DNA of 64,000 bases, taken from positions 1 to 64,000 of the forward strand of contig OZ025734.1 in the NCBI GenBank assembly GCA_964019335.1. Reading direction: 5' to 3'. Origin of the DNA: Diplonema japonicum. Taxonomy: Eukaryota; Protista; Euglenozoa: Diplonemea. Position 1 is the first letter of the stretch, and each line of letters starts with the position of its first letter. Made by a program: the position numbers and the translations under genes. This document shows positions 31,401-42,026 of the stretch, piece by piece. The notes below the pieces were generated by a model. The model was given only the letters and a program-made list of their open reading frames with translations, searched no databases and was not told the DNA's origin.

Positions 31401-33745
31401 TCATCTTCCTACAGACGCCAGCTTGGGCAAAGGGGAGAACTGGCTGGCCAGGTGTCTCTTCGCTTCGGTGGCTCGCGGGGACTGTTGTTGGAGATGGAAA
31501 ACGAAAATGGGAGGCACACCTGTGTGACCTTCGTGCTGTCTATTCTCTGTGAGATGTCCTGGCAGATCCTCGACATTTTCGCCCAGTCGTTCTCCTGCTT
31601 TTGTTGCGAGGTCTTGTATGAGCATACCTGGTCATGTGGCTGCAGCGGGCTGTGAGAGTACTGCCTTTGGGGCTTCTTTGAAGACCTCGCGCTCATAGGC
31701 ATCTCCTCCCTCCTCGTGCGGACAGGCGACACACGGCTCATTTCGCTGTGGCGCAGAGGCGACGTGTGACTGAGCCTTGCACCAGGCGAGTAGTTCTGGT
31801 ACGGCGGATTCACCGGGTTCACTGGATACACAGCCTGCTGCGCTGCTTGCACTGCTTGTGCTGCCGCAGCCTGTTCCGCTAACTGATGTAAGTGTGCCTC
31901 TTTCTCTCCCACAAGTCTCGACTTCGCGTCGTGCAACTGTGCACGCACCCTCTCCAACTCAGACTCGGCGCCCCGTATCTGGTCCACGAGACCCGTCATC
32001 TTGTCCTCTGCACGCTCCTTCCTTGCTAGACTGTTCTTTTGCGTGAGATTCAACACCGCTGTCAACTGTTGATCTTTCCTGGAGAGGTTCTCCTGCGCCT
32101 CGTGGATCTGGCTCACCAGAGCATGCACATTTGGAACGCTTGCCTCTGGCACGTGGACCGTCTGCAGCGACCCATCAGGTGTCGGAACAGTCATCTCTAC
32201 AAGTGGACCCATTTCCCACTGGTCTTGTCCAACTAACCTGGCGCCCAGGGCAGAGGGATGAGCCGATGGGGCCTGCCTTGGGGTCTCTGCCGCCGGTGTG
32301 GGAAGCTGTTTCGCAACAATCTCACCAGTCCGTTGGCTGGCAGCGCTCGGTTGCATCACAGGAGTAACTGGATGCAACGAGGGCAGCGACTGCATCGATC
32401 TCGGCTGCGAGGGCTCTTGCACCGGTGCCTGGCTGGGCACGCTCATTTGCGTCCCAACCTGCACAGCATGGACGGGCTGCACTGCGGGCGAGGTTCCGAT
32501 GCTCCTCTCAACAGGCGTGTTGGGGACGGTGACCTGCGTACCTGCTTGTGTCTGCGACACCTGTGAGGCTTCCGTCATTGTCTGTGTCTCCTGCGTCATT
32601 GGGCTTGCTTGCACCGACCTTACGTCGCGGACACTGGGGGCATTCTCACGCGCACTAGGCGGAGGGGCGCTCTGCATAGCACTGGGAACGCTGGGTTGTG
32701 CGCTGGGCTGCACACTGCGCTGGACACTTGGCTGCGTACTGCGTTGCACACTTGGCTGGACACTGGGCTGCTGTAGACTTACAGGGCTACTTGCAGGAAT
32801 TGAAGCCACGCCGCCCCTGTAATCACTATACCCGGACGCTGAACGAGAAGGCGGCGCAGGGATGCTGGCGGGCGTGGTACTTTCGACCCGCGACGATGCT
32901 GCACTAGTCTCGCCATCTATATGATATTTAAAAAAAAACAACTTTTGCATACCCCGCGTCACGATCTGAAGGTTGATCTTGATAGGCCCGCCGTCAGCAT
33001 TGTTCAGCTGCTCCTGCGACAGGGTCACGACACCGGCTGTGGTGCCCGACTGTTGGTGCTCAAGCTCAACTGTGGGCTCGATGAGCGTGCCGGAGGTGAC
33101 CAGACTGCCTGTGGCGTCGACACCCACAGCCTCGTCGAAGTCCTCCTCGGGTGGCGGCGGGGGCGCAAGTGCAGACTGTTCAAAAGGCACTGTAAGGAGC
33201 CCACGGGCCCGGTGGCGGTTATCAGCTTCTGACATCATCAGGGAGGGGGGGAGGGGCGGCTTCTCGAGAGCGGGCTCTGGCTGCGTCATGGGGTCGAGGT
33301 ATATCGGCTGGCGGTCAGGCTTCACAAGCTGGACAGGGTGCCTGGAGTCGCCTATCTTCCCGCCTGCAGGTATGTACGTGACGGGAAGCTCTGAACTGGT
33401 GTTGCTCCTGTAGAGGCGGGTCAGGACAGAAACGAGGGCGTTCACAGGGATGCCCGGAGGCATGCGCACCCATATGTCGTGGTCACCAGGTACGCTCACA
33501 ACAACGTCGGAGTCCTGTACCAGAAGGGACCCGATGGTAGGGGTCCTGATGCACCTTGTGATGCTCCCGTCCTCGTAGCAGGAGTACAAGTGGTCGCGGA
33601 TCACAACTATCACTCGTTTTTGCAGCTTTCTCTTCTCGCTCATCTTCCCGCACGTCTCCATGAAGTACACACTTATGTTATCTAGCGCCACGAAACTTTT
33701 TTCATATCTGCTTGGGACCTCAATAGGTTGTAGCCCGTCAGCCAT
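31401..33745 (-). CDS. PH-like (myosin-TH1-like) N-terminal domain protein with low-complexity middle and coiled coil, 3 introns
   Basis: Start MADGLQ at 33745; SVYFMETCGKMSEKRKLQKRVIVV..HLY; SVQPS/SVQRS repeats; introns 32917-32952, 31595-31627, 31482-31519. Confidence 0.72.
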
Positions 33746-35035
33746 TGTGCCGTGTGTCAAACCTACTAGTGAGAGAAATAGGCAAGAGAAGATTACAGCA
33801 TGAGGAGGGAAAAAAAAAAAAAAAAAAGAAAAAAAAGGAAGAGAGAAAACGTGGTGATAATTGCACTTATAGAAAAAAAAAAAGAGAAAAAGAAGAAAAA
33901 AAAAAGAGACATTTAATATAAAAAGGAAGAATAAAAAATTTAAAGGAGAGCAAAACAAATAAGGGAAGGGTTTAAAGGGGAAAAAGGGGAAAGGGGGGGG
34001 GGGGGTCCAAGTATGATGGGGGGAAGAAGTGTTAGCTACTACCCACCAAAGGTTCTCGATAAAATACTGTAAATTGAAGAAGAAAAAAATGTCGAACCGA
34101 CAAGCGTCCGGATGGAATAACTACTGGCCTGACAAATACCAGGACACCGAAGAAAAAAGAAAACGGTCATTTGTTCAGTTCAGCATTTTCTTCTTTTTTT
34201 TTTTTTTCCTTTTCGTTTTAGCAAAAAAGGGGGGGACAACTTGGTACTACTTGTCGGTAATGCAAAGCAGGTTTTTCTTCCCCCCCCCTCCCCTTTCTCG
34301 CTTTATTTTATTTTTTTTCTCTTCTTTCTTTTACTACGGTAACGTGCGGTCAGGATAGGGGGGCAAAAAAACTTTTTAAAAAAGTGGGAATACACAGGCT
34401 AACAAGGTATCGTTAAAAACAATGGAAAATAAATTCTACCAGGGCATTCTTTTTTTTTTTTTCTTCTTTTCTTTTCATCTTTCTTTTTCTTTTTTTTTTT
34501 TCTTTTTTTTTGCCCTCTCAAAAAACTGAGAAGGAAGGCCCCGCAGCCTTTTTGGATTGTTGTAAATCGTAACGAATACTACTGGGGCTACAAACATATT
34601 CATTAAGAATTAAGATAGAAATAAAAAAAAAGCAGACGGCAATCATTCCTCATTTCTTTTTCTGCGTGTTCTGTCTCCTTTGATGGCTTGTTCACCGGTT
34701 CTAGTTAGCACCATTCTTTTTTCTTTTTTCCAAGACTGTTGCGTTTTTGCACAGATTTATGCAACATGATTACACTTCACAGCCAAGAAAAAAAAACTAT
34801 TCTTTTTGAGGTATGCGTTTTTGCGCTCATGCCAAAAAAAAAAAAATAAATAAATAAAAAAAGGGTTTTTTTCAGTATTACCGATATGGCCCACTTCCCC
34901 CCCTCCACCAAAAGAAATAAGAGAACCACTGTGGTCTAAAAAACGGAAATGGGGATTTAAAAAAAAAATCTATGTAAAAAAAAAAAAAAAAAAAAAAAAA
35001 AATAATCTACACACTCATTTCTCCTCCCCTCTCTT

Positions 35036-35068
<33 letters not shown>

Positions 35069-35086
35069 CCCTCTTTCATGTCCCGC

Positions 35087-35719
35087 TCACTGTTCCAGCT
35101 CAGAAGGGTAGACAAGGAAAGTACCAGAAGGGCACCCTTGCATGTTAAAATCAGCAAGGGTGGGATTTTCTTTCGTGGTGTTGTAAAAGACACCGGCCCA
35201 CTTGTCGACGTTGGAGTTGCTGAGGGCCCATTTCCCAACGAAAAGACGAGTGCCATGCAGCACTGAGAGGGTGTTGGTGTCCGGCTCAAAGCTGCCCTTA
35301 TGGTTCTTAGGCATTCTGTCATCATCAAACACCACGACGAAAGAGCAGTGCATCCCGCTCACAGCAGAGTCGCTGTAGGAACCATCGAAAACTACGATCT
35401 TGCCGCCTACTTCGATTCTGTACGCATTGAGGTTAAAGGTCCCCCTAGGCACGTGTCCTGATGGGCCGCCGTCGTCGTTGTGGTAGTACAGCCCCCTGCA
35501 GGGCCAAGGGCCGTTGTGTCCACTGCTCTGCTCCATGACACCCACGTAGGTGTTCATGCCGTCTCTAAACATCAGCGCTGCCCCGTCCCCGTCCGTCTGC
35601 TTGATCCTTGCGTCCATGTTGATCCCGTGGTTGTCCCCATCAAACACAATCAACCAGTACGCCTCCTCTGTCCCCGTACGGCTCGTCGTCGTCCCGCAGA
35701 TCGCCAACCGGAGCGCCAT
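35087..35719 (-). CDS. Hypothetical protein made of two homologous beta-rich halves
   Basis: 210-aa intronless ORF; WLIVFDGD/FVVVFDDD, DGMNTYVG/HGTRLFVG, GLYY/GVFY, PRGTFNL/PSGTFLV. Confidence 0.7.
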   Translation of the reverse strand: MALRLAICGTTTSRTGTEEAYWLIVFDGDNHGINMDARIKQTDGDGAALMFRDGMNTYVGVMEQSSGHNGPWPCRGLYYHNDDGGPSGHVPRGTFNLNAYRIEVGGKIVVFDGSYSDSAVSGMHCSFVVVFDDDRMPKNHKGSFEPDTNTLSVLHGTRLFVGKWALSNSNVDKWAGVFYNTTKENPTLADFNMQGCPSGTFLVYPSELEQ

Positions 35720-36016
35720 TTTCCTTTATTTCTTTTTTTTTTTTTTTTATCTCTTTTTTTTTTTTTTTTTTTTTTTTTCTTTTCCCCGTGCACAATAATA
35801 TTTTTAAAAAAAAAATATTTATATCTTTTTGAAGAAACGCATAGGAAGAAGGTGGTGGGGGGAAGGGAAGGAGGACGAACACTTTTCTTTCATTTCTTTT
35901 TTTTTTTTTTTGTTTTGTTTCTTCTTCTTTTTTTTTTGGAAGGGTGTGCGAAAAAAAAAAAAAAAAAAAACAATGGGTGAATCTTTTTTTTTTTTCCCTC
36001 TATTTTTTTTTTTTTT

Positions 36017-36667
36017 TTACACGGTTGCTCGAAGCTGGGTGTAGGAGGAGAGGTCGCCCTTAGCGGCGTAATAGAGCCACTCCATCTGTGGGGGCTGCAG
36101 GCCGCCGTTGCCTTCCACGTGAAGGATCTTGATGTCTGGGAGGACATCGTGGACGTCCGTGATATTACGAGAATCGTCATCAGCGAAGACAGTACTGCTG
36201 GGCACATACTGCTCCATGAGGGAAAGGAGCTGTATGCCCTTGCGGCCTGAAGAGCAGTGGATGATGTCGCTGACGAAGGGCTGCATCCCTGACATCTCGA
36301 GGCACGCCGTGACAACGTCCACCTTGTTCAAGGTTAGGATCACGACGGTCGCACGCAGTTCGGTGTGAAGATCACTCAAGAAATTCCGGACGCTTCGCAA
36401 CCTCCCCACGGGGCTGTCGAAGACAGCAGCCGCACCCTTCGCACGCACACCTTCAACATCAAGTTTCATCTTCCCACAGTGGATGCATGTCAGTGTCATG
36501 TCGAAGTCCAGCACCACCAACGGCTTACGCTCGTCTTGCACTGCCTTCTTTAACGCGCTCTTCTTCGGCACCTGCCGCAACTGTTCGGACGTCGTCTTTG
36601 GGCTCCCAGGCGACTGTGGTTGCTGCACAACAGGTGGCTTCTTCTCTTTGCTCTCGCATCCACCCAT
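36017..36667 (-). CDS. HAD-superfamily phosphatase with N-terminal acylation motif
   Basis: MGGCES (myristoyl/palmitoyl); motif I LVVLDFDMTL, motif II VILT, K, motif IV FADDDSRN. Confidence 0.8.
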   Translation of the reverse strand: MGGCESKEKKPPVVQQPQSPGSPKTTSEQLRQVPKKSALKKAVQDERKPLVVLDFDMTLTCIHCGKMKLDVEGVRAKGAAAVFDSPVGRLRSVRNFLSDLHTELRATVVILTLNKVDVVTACLEMSGMQPFVSDIIHCSSGRKGIQLLSLMEQYVPSSTVFADDDSRNITDVHDVLPDIKILHVEGNGGLQPPQMEWLYYAAKGDLSSYTQLRATV

Positions 36668-36848
36668 TTCTTTTATTTCTTTTTCTTCTTTTTCTTTTTT
36701 AGTAGATTCTTTTCTTTACCGCTTCTGTACACACAAAGCCCCTTCGCCACATCATACCCCCATATCCTGTCAAAAAGAAAGTTTTTTTTTTCTTATATTT
36801 TTTTCTGCAAAAAAAAGAAAAGTAAAAATAAAAAAAAAAAAAAACAAC

Positions 36849-37660
36849 TCAGTTCGCCCTCCCGCTCACTGTCTTGTAGCACTGCATCAAAGTGATCTCC
36901 TCTTCCGTCTTCGGTGTTTGTTCTTGCTCGAGGAGCGTGATGACGCCAGCGAGGCTGTTGCTGGAGGCCTTGGTGCTGCCGTCGATCTTCTGTTTGAGAG
37001 CATACGCCTTGAGGGCGTAGTCGAGAGCCTATCATTATTATTTGTCTAAAAAAAAAAAAAAAAAAAAGTGGGTAATAAATATACCATTATGTGGTCCTTT
37101 CGTGCAGTGAACATCTTGGAGAGCTTTAAGAAGTCCGTGCACCGCTGTTCGGAAAGTGAGGAAGTGCTGGAGAGAAGCTTTTCGTATGCCTTCTCCACGT
37201 CGGTAGGGAGCGCCTTCTCCACGTAGTCCACCACTATGTTCTCGTAATAGAATTTCTCGATTTGGATGAGCTTCAGGGCGAGCTCATCCTTCTCCAGGTC
37301 CCTTGCCACTACTGCCGCTTCGTGCACGGCCTTCACGAACACATCGGTTTTCTTGTAAAATCTTCCCTCCTGTACGATAGTCAAGAAGCTCTGCAGGCCC
37401 ATGGTCCCGTCGCCTGCCTTTACGTACTCCATTCCCTTCTTGAAGAGCTCCTCAGCCTCTTTTGCGCATAGCACGCCCTCTTCTTCTATTTTTTCCTTAT
37501 CCCCGTCAACCCTCCTCTCCCTTAATATTATCACAACAATGCACACAACAGCCACGCCCACCATCATCGCAAACTCCCTTGTCACGTACTCATGGCTCGC
37601 CCAGTCCAGCCAGTACACCAGCCTGCCATACCACGTGAGGTGTGCATCCAACAGGTCCAT
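36849..37660 (-). CDS. Single-TM protein with TPR-like helical domain (consortin-N-like), 1 intron
   Basis: TM FAMMVGVAVVCIVVIIL; ALKLIQIEKFYYE...ALDYALKAY; intron 37029-37084 extends the frame to SGRAN-stop. Confidence 0.62.
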
Positions 37661-37902
37661 GTGTCTGGAGGGGTTTTTTTTTGTTTCAGTGTAAACAACA
37701 AAAAAACAACACCGACAGGAAAGACAGGGAAGGAATCTAAAATAACAAGGAAAATAATTTGAAGAAAAAAGTGACAAAAAGAAAAAAGAAAACTCGATAA
37801 AATTTCAGTGTGCATGGGGGAGCTCACTGCTTAAGAAGAAATTCCTTCTATAAAAAAAAAAAAAAAAAGGGAAAAAGAAGAGCAGAAATTCCCAGCCTTT
37901 TC

Positions 37903-39171
37903 TTATCGCAAGCAAGGTGCAAGGGTATCTCTCATGCTAGGAAGGTCCCCCGCACTGTATTGATAATTTGGTGCAGCCTGTGTGTGGATGGTTGGAAGGT
38001 GCAAGCATACCGGGTCCCTGCCACTTTCTATCGCTCGTGCTGGCACTCTGCTGGCGGTCACAAGCGCGTCACCCCGTGCCTGATGTGACTCTAATGCTGC
38101 TGTGAACTCTTTGAGCAGCTCCTTCCTGGACACGGGCTTGTCTGAGGCAAGCAGAGCTGAAAGCTCATTCCGTACTGGAGGCAGCGCCATAGCCGGCTCC
38201 AGGGAAGAAGGGGGCCGTGCAGCAGGCACCACACGACGGGAGTAATCAATACCTTGAGTTGGAAGGTCTTGGGTGTAGGGTTGTGGATGGGGAAAGGGGG
38301 CAACCGGGAGCGTTTCGTGAGTGCCATTGAAGGCATCAGATGCCACGTTCGTCGGGACGTCTCTAGTCAGAGCTTGCCGACGAGAAGCCTCAAGTGCCAC
38401 GCTTGGCACTGCGCGTTGGAACCCCGTCATAGACGTCATCGTGCCTATTGTGTTGTTCCCATAGTCCTGTTGAAGGGAGCCCACTGACGGTTGCTGGGGC
38501 ATAGGTTCCGCGTACTGTTGGGGAGCTTGTGCCAGTCTCCGCACTTCGTCCAGTGAGAGCGGCCGCCTCGTGTCGGTGATGGCATCCATTGCACCTTGCT
38601 TGGTGTTCCTAATTAGTGCATCTTCAGAGGAGAACGCAGCCTGCAGCGATTGCTTCGACAGGGGAAGCATGAAGTCATCCATCGCACTTTCTAGCTTTGC
38701 CTGCCCAGCAGGGTGCCTGCCACGGTTCATTTCCCGAAAGTCAATATCTTGCGCTTGCAGAAACGCGTCCTGATCTTGGTTCCTCCCACTTACATCCACA
38801 AAGTTCCGCCTCGCACCATCAGGGACAGCGGCCCGTTGTGTCTTGGGGAACGATTCGTAATCCTGCACAGGAGAGAAGCTAGACGGCCCTGCCTCTGGCG
38901 ACGCCTCGACATACCTCGGCCCTTTCGCCATCGGTACGTAGCCTGTTCCTGTCCCATAGAAGTCGTTACCTTGGCCGTAACTGCCGTAGTCCACTGTGCT
39001 CTGCATCTCTGTCTGTGTGGGTGTGTAGGAGGTCCCTTGATAAGGCAGGGCACGGCCTTCCGTGTTAACTGCGGACTTCAAGGTCTTGATGGTCTGCAAG
39101 GCATTCTTCAGGTGCGCGCGAAGTAACTCCTTTTCCTTGTCGCTGTGCCCCGAAACACCCCCTGGCTCCAT
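37903..39171 (-). CDS. Hypothetical low-complexity protein
   Basis: Long ORF, likely start MEPGGV; short N-terminal coiled coil; no recognised domain. Confidence 0.6.
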   Translation of the reverse strand: MEPGGVSGHSDKEKELLRAHLKNALQTIKTLKSAVNTEGRALPYQGTSYTPTQTEMQSTVDYGSYGQGNDFYGTGTGYVPMAKGPRYVEASPEAGPSSFSPVQDYESFPKTQRAAVPDGARRNFVDVSGRNQDQDAFLQAQDIDFREMNRGRHPAGQAKLESAMDDFMLPLSKQSLQAAFSSEDALIRNTKQGAMDAITDTRRPLSLDEVRRLAQAPQQYAEPMPQQPSVGSLQQDYGNNTIGTMTSMTGFQRAVPSVALEASRRQALTRDVPTNVASDAFNGTHETLPVAPFPHPQPYTQDLPTQGIDYSRRVVPAARPPSSLEPAMALPPVRNELSALLASDKPVSRKELLKEFTAALESHQARGDALVTASRVPARAIESGRDPVCLHLPTIHTQAAPNYQYSAGDLPSMRDTLAPCLR

Positions 39172-39302
39172 CCCTCGCCTGTGGTTGGATGATGGAACAC
39201 GGAAAAGTCTTAAAGATCGAAAAAAGAAAATGCACAATTCTAGTTCATAATATTATTTTGACAATCTACAGTTGAGTAATACAAATCTAATAACACCAAA
39301 TT

Positions 39303-41757
39303 CTAGAGAGTTAGCTTGTTAACTGCAAAGCTAGGTGGTGGTGCGCGCCTAGGTGGCGACACGGGCTTGAAGGACTTTTCTGTGAAGAACGGCACGGTGA
39401 CGGTGCTCTTGCTGCGCGATCTACGCGACTTGCCGATGCCTTTGCTGAGTTCCGCGAGTGCTGCAGTGATGTCGGCGTCGTCCAGCTTGGACCTGGGAGG
39501 CGGTGTCTGCGACCTCCTCTTGTTCACAGTGTAGGACCTCGTAGCGCTGTGCTTGCTGCTGCTCCTGCGTTTCTTCTTTTCTTCCCTTCGTGCACGCTGT
39601 TCCGAGGTTGCGATGCTCAGCGCTGCAGAAAGAGCGGGTGATGGTGTCCTCCGCATGCTTTGCGAGTTCCTCCTCGATGTCATGGAAGGCGTAGGAGACG
39701 CCATGCTGATTGTAGAGCTTCTCCTGTGCCGTTGGATGTTGCCCTGCGGTTGGCTCCAGTCCATTGTTTTCATCTGTGCTTGGTGGACCTGTACCTGATG
39801 TGCTTCCGGCGGCGTCCTTGGTTCAGACCGAGGGATCATAATGGGCACAGGCTCGGGCGTGCTCACAGGCGTTGGAAGGGGTGCTGTGATGGCTGTCACT
39901 AACGGGACAGAAGTGTTCGTAATGGGAGCAGACACTAGCATCACCGGTGCAGCAGCAGAGGTGGCAGGCGAAGCCGTCGGAAGCAACACAGGCGTGGGGT
40001 TCACGCTTGTGGGTGCGCTTGCTAATGTTGGGGCAGGAGTGACAAAAGTGCTCGACCCCGTGGCGTCCGTTTTCATAGTCTTCATCGATTGCAAGCTGGC
40101 AGTGCTCGAGGGGTTGGTCGCGGGCATTTCCAGCTCGATGTCCTTCTCCTTCATCTCGAGCAGCTGCTGATTGAGACCCACCTCACCCCTGCTTTCCTTC
40201 ATAACGTACCACACGGCAAGACCAACCGCAACGCCGCAGAAAACAAACGACCCCCCTGCAATGATGACTATCAAGTACACGGGGAATGAAGCGGCCTCCT
40301 TAGAATCGCACGCGGCGCCGACCTGTGTGTTGCTAAACATTGCACTTGCCATACCCAGTCAGCGGTGCATGTACATTGACACTTCCCATCTACAGCATCA
40401 ACCTCTGTAGCGTGCCCACTGCAGTTAGCGTCGGTTGTGCACGGTGAGGCTGTGGAAGTAACAATACGTAGGCAGCATACTTGGCAAGGGTGTGTGGATG
40501 CAGTTTCCTGATGTAGCACTGCATTGAGTCGAGTGCTGGTTCACAGAACTGCAAACACAGACGCCGGAGACAGCGTGCACCTCAGTGCCAGGACGGCACG
40601 TCTGGTACATGTGGGGGATTGTGTCGCACCTGGCCTGCGTGGCTGCTTCTACAAGCTCGCACGCATTCCCTGCAGCATTGGTGCACTCCCCGTCACGGGT
40701 AAAGATGGGCAGAGACGACGTGCAGGAGGTATGAACAGTCACCTTGTCGGTGTACAAGTTATGGGCGTAGCCTTTGCATTCAGCAGGCATCAAAGACTCA
40801 GGTTCTTGTACCAGATGACAGTATGTGACGGCTGACAAGCATACGTCCACCTCCTCGCAGTCCATCACATCGTAGGTCGCCACACCCTCCGCGTTCACAA
40901 CCTGTGTGTGCTGTGCTTGTAGTGTGCTACATACGTGTGTGTCCCAGCTGTTCCCATTGATACAGCACGACGTCTTGCCGTTGCACGTGCCCACCGTACC
41001 CCTCCTCATGCACGAGCACGCCAAGGAAGCGCACTTGTTTTCGATCTGTCCGTGTTGCAGAGCTAACAAGGCATACCTTCTGCACGCTGGCTGCATCGCT
41101 CTGTACCTTGCTGTACTCCCACTTGCAGTCTACCTTGCCAGCTGGCATCACGGCGTAAGTCTTTTGCTTCTCGGCACAGATGGGGTCCTGATTGCACACA
41201 GCACCGTTGCTGTCGGTGGTGACGTGCTCACTGCAGGTAGCTAGCGAGGTTTGCAGCTGCTGCTTCATGCAGTGCCACATGGTATCGCATTCAGGGAGCC
41301 CTGTTGTGTACTTTTTCCAAGCGTTGATGTCGCAGGGTGCGTTGATGCAGCCCTCCACCTGCTTGCACGTCGCGTGTGGGTAATGTGTTGCCGTGCTGTT
41401 CACGGTGGCACTTGTGAGCGGCTTGTTTCCGACGTTGCACGCCTGCAGCGCAGGGTCGTACGCTGCTGGGGGACCCGCGCAGTTGCACAATTCAAAGGCG
41501 CACTTTGCTGAATCAGGACCCAACTCCGCAGGGTCGGGCGACACTCCTGCAGGTGCTTGCACCAGTGCCCCAGTGCACTTTCCAACAAGTGGTTGGCATC
41601 CCTCACCGAAGCCCAGCACACTCGCTGCCCTTTCTTGCTTTGGGAACAACCTTCCATGAACTTCATCGTTGAACCTTTCATGGAGGGCACGCGCCCGTGT
41701 GTTGCCCAACACCACAGGCAAGAGGCACAGTAGCAGCATGCACTGCGATCTGCTCAT
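39303..41757 (-). CDS. Cysteine-rich type I membrane (cell-surface) protein with EGF-like segment, 4 introns
   Basis: Signal peptide, Cys-rich ectodomain, CTTDANCSGHA..CQCTCTADW.GAAC, TM, Ser/Thr/Pro/Arg-rich tail; introns 41046-41076, 40902-40934, 40450-40480, 40323-40354 join four track ORFs. Confidence 0.82.
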
Positions 41758-42026
41758 TTTCTTTTGTAAACTGAGATGGCGTGGCGAGACGGAGATAAGG
41801 TGTTTTGTTCTCTTTTTTTTCTTTTTCTACTTCCCGTCATTGGAAACTTAGCGATACAAGCAAAAAAATTCTCACTAGAAATACCAGGCACATCAACAGA
41901 GGCAATCATAGGCACAGAACCATAAAGTAACGAACGCAGGTAAGATTGGAGACGCAACCCTCGAATTAAAATAACAAATTATCTACCAACTTGGCACTTA
42001 ACTGAAAAGCAAAGTGTTTAGCAGGG

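Noticed and set aside
40805-40844. Possible intron starting GTATGC in the Cys-rich surface gene
   Set aside because: The AG at intron-like distance gives 40 nt and an almost immediate stop; unspliced reading (EEVDVCLS...C) is in frame and plausible, so no non-canonical intron is claimed
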